Below, in pieces: positions 6,340-12,269 of a DNA stretch of 16,418 bases. The notes under the pieces are model-generated. The model had not been told where the DNA came from, made no database searches, and worked only from the letters and a program-made list of their open reading frames with translations. The position numbers and the translations under genes were made by a program. Numbering within the stretch: position 1 is the first letter of the stretch; every line of letters starts with the position of its first letter. This stretch comes from Clostridia bacterium (GTDB lineage Bacteria > Bacillota > Clostridia > Christensenellales > Aristaeellaceae), in NCBI GenBank assembly GCA_045599485.1, contig JAZRWA010000002.1:1-16418 (forward strand), in the 5' to 3' direction.

Positions 6340-7425
6340 TTACAGCAGATGAGAGCAGACGGGATCAAAGGAAAGGTAGGCGGTATCGCCGACGGAGAAG
6401 ATCTTTTTGTTGGCGGGGCAGTTGTCGGCAATGCGCACCAGCGTATCGCCCACACGGACGTGATAGTTCTGGTAGCTGCCCATGAAGCAGCTCAGCTCCA
6501 CCGTGCAGGGCAGATCGCCTTTGTCGGAGATGCAGATGGCCTCAGGGCGCAGCACGATGGTGCCTTCGCTGCTGGCTTTGATGCCTTCCGAAGCAGAGAC
6601 ACGGACGATGTGACCGCCGACGTTGACCGCGGCGATGCCCTCCGCGCAGGAGACGACAGAACCCTTCAGGAAGTTGCATTCACCGATGAAATCGGCCACA
6701 AATTCGCTGTTGGGATGATAGTAGATCTCTTCGGGGGTACCCATCTGGGCGATGACACCGCCCTTCATCAGAATGATCTGATCGGACAGGGACATGGCTT
6801 CACTCTGATCGTGGGTGACATAGATGGCGGTGATGCCGATCTTTTGCTGAATACGGCGGATCTCAGTGCGCATTTCCACTCTCAGTTTGGCATCCAGATT
6901 GGAGAGCGGCTCGTCAAAGAGCAGAACACCGGGCTCCACCACCAGAGCACGGGCCAGGGCGACGCGCTGCTGCTGACCGCCGGAAAGCTGGTTGGTCATG
7001 CGCAGCTCCATGCCGTCCAGCTTGACCAGGGACAGGATGTTCATGACCTTTTCGCGGATGACATTCTTGGGTACGCCGCGCAGCTTCAGACCGTAGGCCA
7101 CGTTATCGTAAACGTTCATATGGGGGAAGAGCGCGTAGGACTGGAACACCATGGCGGTATCGCGCTTGTTGGGGGTCAGCTCGTTGATGGGCTGGTCCGC
7201 CAGATAGATCTCGCCCTCATCGGGGGACTCAAAACCGGCGATCATGCGCAGCGTGGTGGTCTTGCCGCAGCCGGAGGGACCGAGCAGCGTGATGAAGCTG
7301 CCGGGGGCGATATCCAGATTGCAATCCTTCACGGCATAGAAATCGGCGTGGGTTTTGGGATCCTTGTAGATCTTGGAGATATGCTCCAGGCGAACGCCCT
7401 TGGGGGCTTTAACAGATTGACTCAT
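6340..7425 (-). CDS. ABC transporter ATP-binding protein, FbpC/AfuC/PotA-type with C-terminal TOBE-like domain
   Basis: Walker A GPSGCGKTT, Q-loop, signature LSGGQQQRVALARAL, Walker B LLFDEPLSNLD and H-loop VTHDQ are all present. A C-terminal beta domain of about 120 aa follows. RBS AGGAGGAAAG. Confidence 0.95.
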   Translation of the reverse strand: MSQSVKAPKGVRLEHISKIYKDPKTHADFYAVKDCNLDIAPGSFITLLGPSGCGKTTTLRMIAGFESPDEGEIYLADQPINELTPNKRDTAMVFQSYALFPHMNVYDNVAYGLKLRGVPKNVIREKVMNILSLVKLDGMELRMTNQLSGGQQQRVALARALVVEPGVLLFDEPLSNLDAKLRVEMRTEIRRIQQKIGITAIYVTHDQSEAMSLSDQIILMKGGVIAQMGTPEEIYYHPNSEFVADFIGECNFLKGSVVSCAEGIAAVNVGGHIVRVSASEGIKASSEGTIVLRPEAICISDKGDLPCTVELSCFMGSYQNYHVRVGDTLVRIADNCPANKKIFSVGDTAYLSFDPVCSHLL

Positions 7426-7442
7426 GATCTTCTTTCCTCCTG

Positions 7443-9194
7443 TCAGGCTTTGTACAGCGCTTTGGTTTCACGCTCAAATTTGCGGGCCAGGCGCTTCTGC
7501 TTGTGATCGGTGTCGAAGTAGCGCAGTATGCCGTTAAGCAGCAGGATCACGCCGTAGGTGATGACGATCAGCACAGTGGCGTAAGCGCAGGCGATTCCGT
7601 TTTCACCCTTCTCGGCAAACTCGTTGATACGAACCGTGATGAGCAGGTATTTGGGAGTGACCAGCAGGATGATGGCGGAAATGGCTGTGATGGAACGGAC
7701 AAAGGTGGTGACGAGACCGGACAGGAAGCTGTCTTTGATGAGGGGCAGCGTGACGGAGGTGAAAACCTTGCCGGAGCCGGCACCCATATCGTAGGCGGAT
7801 TCCTCGATGGATTTGTCGATCTGCCGCAGAGCGGAGATGCCGGAGCGTGTACCGGTGGGCAGCGAGCGGACGATGAACACGATGACAAGAATCGTACCTG
7901 TGCCGTACAAGCCCTGCATTACGCCGGAATGGAAAAGACCGGCGGAATAACCGCGGATGTAGCCGATACCGAGAACGGTTCCGGGGACAGCCATGGCCAG
8001 AATGGAGACAAACTCGATGAAGCCTTTGAGTTTGAATTTCTTTTTGACCACCAGATAGCTGATGATCATACTGAGCAGGGCGGTGATGGGCGTGGCAATG
8101 AGGGACAACAGGATGGAATCCTTATAGGCACGCAAGCCATCGATCTTCCACATGTTGACGAAGTGATCGGTGACCAGCGTGTAGTTGCGGCCCCACAGCT
8201 TGAACATGGCACCGAAGGGAACGGCGACATAAAGCAGTACGACAAAGATGCTGACGAGCGCGCAAAGCACAGACAGAGGATAGCGGACGGATTTGTCCTC
8301 AATCAGCATACGGGCACGGCTGGCCTTGCCGGTGAGCGTCTGGGCGGTCTTTTTTTCCAGATAATACTTCTGGATCAGGAAGAGCACCAATGTCAGCATC
8401 AACAGGATGACGGCCATGGCGGAAGCACCGGGCATATCGTACGTGCCGCCCGTTACCTGCAGGTAGATGGTGGTAGCCAGCGTATCGTAATTGCCGCCGA
8501 TCATCATGGGGTTGGCAAAGTCGGCGACAGACTCGATAAAGGTGACCAGGAAGGCATTGCCAAGACCGGGCAGCAGCAGGGGGAGCGTTACGGACGTGAA
8601 GACCTTGAAGCGGCCGGCGCCCATATCACGGCTGGCTTCCTCCAGGGAGGGATCAATGTTTTTAAGCAGACCCGTCAGCATCATGTAGCAGACAGGGAAG
8701 AAGGTGAGGATCTGAACGATGGCAATGCCGTGCAGACCGTAGATGTTGTTGTTGCGGATGCCCAGCAGCGTACGGGTGACAAGACCGGAACGGCCGAAGA
8801 GCAGGATCATGCTCAAGGACAGCACAAAGGGCGGAGAAACAACGGGGAGCATGCTGACCACCTTGAACAGACCGCGTACCATGCGGGAACGAAGACGGAC
8901 ATAGACATCCACATAGGCAAACAGCAGTCCCAAAGTTACGGAACCGAAGCCTACGATGAGACCCAGCACGATGGTGTTGTTGAAGGCATTGCGGAAGGTA
9001 TACAGATCCCATACGCGGCCGAAAACCGAGAATGAGATGCCGTTGCTGCCGCTGATGGCATCGACCAACAGCATGGCAAGGGGATAGAGAATGAACAGCG
9101 AGAGGAAGATGACCAGAATGACGATGGCACCGATCAGCGTTGGATCGGCAAGGAATTTTTTACGGTCAAGTCGTTTGCTGTTTGATGTGGCCAC
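7443..9194 (-). CDS. ABC transporter permease, fused two-domain (FbpB/AfuB-type, about 12 TM)
   Basis: 583 aa with two repeats of the binding-protein-dependent permease module; the EAA-type loops are EEASRDMGAGRFKVFTSVTLPLL and EESAYDMGAGSGKVFTSVTLPLI. The GTG start at 9194 lies 7 nt after AAGGAGG. Confidence 0.93.
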   Translation of the reverse strand: MATSNSKRLDRKKFLADPTLIGAIVILVIFLSLFILYPLAMLLVDAISGSNGISFSVFGRVWDLYTFRNAFNNTIVLGLIVGFGSVTLGLLFAYVDVYVRLRSRMVRGLFKVVSMLPVVSPPFVLSLSMILLFGRSGLVTRTLLGIRNNNIYGLHGIAIVQILTFFPVCYMMLTGLLKNIDPSLEEASRDMGAGRFKVFTSVTLPLLLPGLGNAFLVTFIESVADFANPMMIGGNYDTLATTIYLQVTGGTYDMPGASAMAVILLMLTLVLFLIQKYYLEKKTAQTLTGKASRARMLIEDKSVRYPLSVLCALVSIFVVLLYVAVPFGAMFKLWGRNYTLVTDHFVNMWKIDGLRAYKDSILLSLIATPITALLSMIISYLVVKKKFKLKGFIEFVSILAMAVPGTVLGIGYIRGYSAGLFHSGVMQGLYGTGTILVIVFIVRSLPTGTRSGISALRQIDKSIEESAYDMGAGSGKVFTSVTLPLIKDSFLSGLVTTFVRSITAISAIILLVTPKYLLITVRINEFAEKGENGIACAYATVLIVITYGVILLLNGILRYFDTDHKQKRLARKFERETKALYKA

Positions 9195-9223
9195 AGGATG
9201 ACCTCCTTAATGATGAAGAGAAA

Positions 9224-9247
9224 GGGGATGGTCCGAAGACCATCCCC
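9224..9247 (-). promoter_or_regulatory. Intercistronic GC-rich hairpin between the binding-protein and permease genes
   Basis: The minus strand reads GGGGATGGTC-TTCG-GACCATCCCC (perfect 10-bp stem with a UUCG tetraloop) followed by TTTCTCTTC. It lies between the SBP stop (9264) and the permease RBS. Confidence 0.75.
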
Positions 9248-9263
9248 AGATCTAAGGCAAAGA

Positions 9264-10349
9264 TTATTCGGTCATGAAGCGGCTGTCGGCAGCGGCACCC
9301 AGAGCATCGAAATAATCGGTGATGTACTGAGTGGTGTTGGCCTTGGCATCTTCAAAGTCGTAATCGATCACGTTGTCGGGATCCAGACCCATGTCATAAG
9401 CGACCTGAGGCTGTTCGGCGTTGTCCAGAACCAGGAACTGATAGGATTCGTTGTCTTTGGCCAGGTTGACGCAATCGGGAGACAGGGCGAATTCCACCCA
9501 CAGCTTGGCGGCGTTGGGATGCTTGTTGCCGGTGAAGATGGCGGTGGCGCCGATCTCATAAGAGGTACCGGAGGCGGGGATGACCAGACCCACGTTGTCG
9601 TAGCCCTTCAGGATCTGGGTGATGCCGTCATGCAGGAAGCCGACGCCGATGACGCATTCACCGATACCGACCTTCTTGGAGGGGCCGGAGCCGGACTTGG
9701 TGTACTGGGCAACGTTCTTATCCAGTTCGACGAAGTACTTCATGGCTTCGTCATGGCCCTTCATCTGAACCATGGTGTTGATGACCAGCTTGGCGGTGCC
9801 GGCGGTGTTGGGGTTGGAAATCCAGATCAGACCTTTGTATTCGGGCTTGAGGAGATCGTCCCAATCCTGAGGAGCTTCCAGGTTCATGTCTTCCAGTTCT
9901 TCGGTGTTGACCATGAAACCGAGGATGCCCTTGTAAATGCCGTACCAGTAGCCATTGGCATCACGGAAGTTGGACTTGGTGATGTGGGAGGCGTTCTGGG
10001 CTTCGTAGGCTTCGAGCAGACCGAGACCAGCAACGATGTTGTAGGGATCGGTGGTGCCGCCGAACCAGACGTCAGCACTGGGATTGCCGTTTTCGGCAGT
10101 GATCTTGGCCTGCACCTCACCGGTGGACAGACGCTGCTTGCTGACCTTGATGCCGAATTCCTTTTCGAACTGGGCGCAGGCAGCGGACAGGTACATTTCT
10201 TCGCAGGAGCCGTAGACGATCAGTTCGCCTTCAGCCTGAGCAGCGGCGACCAGCTCGGGATCAAAATCGGCGATCTCGGCGGAGGCCGTCAGGGAGAAGC
10301 AGCCGAGCGCCAGCATGGCGGTCAGCATCAGAGCCAGGAACTTTTTCAT
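9264..10349 (-). CDS. ABC transporter extracellular solute-binding protein (family 1; AfuA/FbpA/PotD-like)
   Basis: The start at 10349 (MKKFLALMLTAMLALGCFSLTASA, a signal peptide and possible lipobox LALGC) is preceded by AAGGAGG. The mature part (LIVYGSCEE...FEKEFGIKV...ADVWFGG...GYWYG) fits the Fe3+/polyamine/sugar-phosphate SBP cluster. The substrate cannot be called from sequence by eye. Confidence 0.9.
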   Translation of the reverse strand: MKKFLALMLTAMLALGCFSLTASAEIADFDPELVAAAQAEGELIVYGSCEEMYLSAACAQFEKEFGIKVSKQRLSTGEVQAKITAENGNPSADVWFGGTTDPYNIVAGLGLLEAYEAQNASHITKSNFRDANGYWYGIYKGILGFMVNTEELEDMNLEAPQDWDDLLKPEYKGLIWISNPNTAGTAKLVINTMVQMKGHDEAMKYFVELDKNVAQYTKSGSGPSKKVGIGECVIGVGFLHDGITQILKGYDNVGLVIPASGTSYEIGATAIFTGNKHPNAAKLWVEFALSPDCVNLAKDNESYQFLVLDNAEQPQVAYDMGLDPDNVIDYDFEDAKANTTQYITDYFDALGAAADSRFMTE

Positions 10350-10398
10350 GGGAATTTTCCTCCTTGGATATAGAATATGGAATTTCCTGATAATCGAT

Positions 10399-10427
10399 AT
10401 TATATATTCGAATGTCACTTCTGTCAA
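10399..10427 (-). promoter_or_regulatory. Promoter of the ABC importer operon
   Basis: On the minus strand, TTGACA (10427-10422) is followed by a 17-nt spacer and TATAAT (10404-10399), a perfect consensus. The 5' UTR is about 40 nt with no riboswitch-sized leader. Confidence 0.8.
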
Positions 10428-10485
10428 TATTCAGAACAGAAAAAGCAGAGCATGGGAAAAACAAAAAATGTACAAAGGGAAACAG

Positions 10486-10515
10486 TTGACAACAGGGGGC
10501 GGATATGGTTAAATT
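10486..10515 (+). promoter_or_regulatory. Promoter of the T-box-controlled operon
   Basis: TTGACA (10486-10491) is followed by a 17/18-nt spacer and TTAAAT/TAAATT (10509-10515). The predicted start lies about 10 nt before the stem I K-turn. Confidence 0.65.
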
Positions 10516-10530
10516 AATGCCACAACCTGT

Positions 10531-10797
10531 TGCGATGACGGAATTATGGTTCCGGATTTCAACGCCCAGAGAGTTGGCGGATGGTGCGAGCCAATGCGTG
10601 AAACGGAAACCAGTCTCCCTCCCGAGCAGATGATGCGAAAGCGTTGGCCGTTAGCATGATCCGATTGGCCCCGTTAAAGGCTATGGACTTGATTGAGTCC
10701 GAGAGAACGTTTTTTTCCGGAACGGAAAGAAGCGTCCAGGGTGGTACAACGAAGTGATTTTCGCCCCTGAAACCGATATGGCTTCAGGGGCGTTTTT
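10531..10797 (+). promoter_or_regulatory. T-box leader (tRNA-sensing riboswitch) with intrinsic terminator
   Basis: Stem I elements: K-turn halves TGCGATGA (10531-10538) and GAGCA (10624-10628), AG bulge AGAGAG (10568-10573), and a distal loop containing GGTGCGA (10583-10589) closed by TTGGC/GCCAA. An F-box-like CCGTTA sits at 10648-10653. The T-box sequence CAGGGTGGTACAACG is at 10737-10751, and its GGG...CGAA can pair with TTCG.CCC of the terminator's 5' arm to form the antiterminator. The terminator is CGCCCCTGAA-(10 nt)-TTCAGGGGCG plus TTTTT (10762-10797). Confidence 0.92.
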
Positions 10798-10828
10798 CTA
10801 TCGATTTTAAGCTAAAGGAGAAGATACC

Positions 10829-12244
10829 ATGAGCGTTGTCAGACTGGCCGACATGACCATGCGTCAGAGCGGCAAAAATGTGCATTTCAGCCTTAACTTC
10901 AGAGAAAAGCTGGAGCTGGCCAAGCTGCTGGACCGGCTGGGCGTATCGGTAATTGAAGTCAGCGCCTTTGCCAACCCGAAGGTGGACCGACTGCTGGTCA
11001 AGTCGATCTGCTCTGCTGTAAAGGACAGCACCGTGGCGGTCTCTGTGGGGCTGAGCGAAGAAAACATCGCGCCCGTTCGCAGTGCTATGGAGGAATGCGC
11101 TCATCCGCGACTGCAGGTGACGGCTCCCGTCAGCGCCGTGCAGATGGAGTACCTCGCCGGCAAAAAACCCGCCGCCATGCTGGAAACGATTACCCGGCTG
11201 GTGAGCGCCTGCCATGCGGTTTGCCCTGATGTGGAACTGATCGCCGAAGACGCGACCCGTGCCGACAGCGCTTTTCTTTACGACGCTGTGCGCGCTGCCA
11301 TTGCGGCCGGGGCTTCCACGGTGACGCTGTGTGATGCCGCGGGCAATATGCTGCCCGATCAGTTTGCTTCCTTTATTAATGATGTAAAGGAAAATGTGCC
11401 CGAACTTCAGCAGATCACGCTGGGTGTGGCCTGCAGCAATGACCTTTCGATGGCCGACAGCTGCGCTGTTTCCGCCATCCGCTGCGGCGCGGGGGAGATC
11501 AAGTGTGCCGCGCACGCTGTGAACACCGTCAATCTGGGCAATGTGGCCCGTATTCTGGCAGTCAAGGGGACGGATTTTGACGCTGCGACCGATGTGACCA
11601 CCACGCAGATGAACCGTACGCTGGCTCAGATCTCCCGCCTGTGTGAGAGCGAGCGCAGTGAGAATTCCCCCTTCGATAACGGCGTACAGGCGGCGGACGG
11701 CACCTTCATGACCGTTCATGATGATATCACCGCCGTGATGAAGGCCGTCAACAAGCTGGGCTACGATCTGTCCGAGGAGGACAGCGTGAAGGTGTTTGAA
11801 GCCTTTGGACGCATTGCCGCCAAGAAGGAAACGGTCAACATCAAGGAACTGGACGCCATTGTGGCTTCCGCCGCGATGCAGGTTCCTTCTACTTATAAGC
11901 TGGAAAGCTATGTGATCAACACCGGCAACACCATCAGCGCCACGGCCCACATGAAGCTGAACAAGAACGGTGTGATGCTGGAGGGCATCAGCCTGGGTGA
12001 CGGTCCCATCGATGCCGCCTTCCTGGCGGTGGAGCAGATCGCCGGACGCCATTATGAACTGGATGATTTCCAGATCCAGGCCGTGACCGAAGGCCATGAG
12101 GCTATGGGCGAAGCAGTGGTCAAGCTGCGCAATGAGGGCAAGCTGTTCTCCGGCCGCGGCATTTCCACCGACATTGTGGGCGCGAGCATTCATGCCTATA
12201 TCAGTGCGCTGAACAAGATCGTTTACGAAGAAGCCGCTCTGTGA
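10829..12244 (+). CDS. LeuA/HMGL-like (DRE-TIM metallolyase fold) protein with LeuA_dimer regulatory domain; catalytic metal ligands substituted
   Basis: 471 aa, RBS AAAGGAGAAG. It is colinear with 2-isopropylmalate/citramalate synthases: IEVSAF vs IEAGFP, VELIAEDATRAD vs VEFSAEDAGRTD, and C-terminal GDGPIDAAFLAVEQI and GRGISTDIVGASIHAYISALNKI. However, DTTLRDGEQ reads DMTMRQSGK, HCHND reads ACSND (11429-11437), and GIGERAGN reads AVNTVNLGN. Confidence 0.85.
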   Translation: MSVVRLADMTMRQSGKNVHFSLNFREKLELAKLLDRLGVSVIEVSAFANPKVDRLLVKSICSAVKDSTVAVSVGLSEENIAPVRSAMEECAHPRLQVTAPVSAVQMEYLAGKKPAAMLETITRLVSACHAVCPDVELIAEDATRADSAFLYDAVRAAIAAGASTVTLCDAAGNMLPDQFASFINDVKENVPELQQITLGVACSNDLSMADSCAVSAIRCGAGEIKCAAHAVNTVNLGNVARILAVKGTDFDAATDVTTTQMNRTLAQISRLCESERSENSPFDNGVQAADGTFMTVHDDITAVMKAVNKLGYDLSEEDSVKVFEAFGRIAAKKETVNIKELDAIVASAAMQVPSTYKLESYVINTGNTISATAHMKLNKNGVMLEGISLGDGPIDAAFLAVEQIAGRHYELDDFQIQAVTEGHEAMGEAVVKLRNEGKLFSGRGISTDIVGASIHAYISALNKIVYEEAAL

Positions 12245-12269
12245 CGGCGAGACGGAAAGGAGATAACAA

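Noticed and set aside
6150-6455. 101-aa minus-strand ORF spanning the infC leader and the ABC ATPase 3' end
   Set aside because: It runs through the infC promoter, the leader hairpins and the terminator. It is better explained as regulatory RNA.
753-10373. Other long antisense ORFs: 753..1955(+), 2507..3160(+), 3203..3613(+), 3958..4863(+), 5427..6116(+), 6313..7506(+), 7503..9035(+), 9198..10373(+)
   Set aside because: Each lies opposite a gene with a confident family assignment (metK, Gx, NusG_II, AKR, infC, ABC ATPase, permease, SBP). Their translations are G/D/H/A-rich, they lack RBSs, and they have no family signatures.
10351-10387. Two GGAA-N(1-2)-TTCC inverted-repeat motifs (10351-10360, 10379-10387) in the ABC operon 5' UTR as a possible operator
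   Set aside because: The half-sites are only 4 bp, and one copy is simply the SD/start-codon region (AAGGAGGAAAATTCCCATG). This is easily chance, and no matching regulator gene is nearby.
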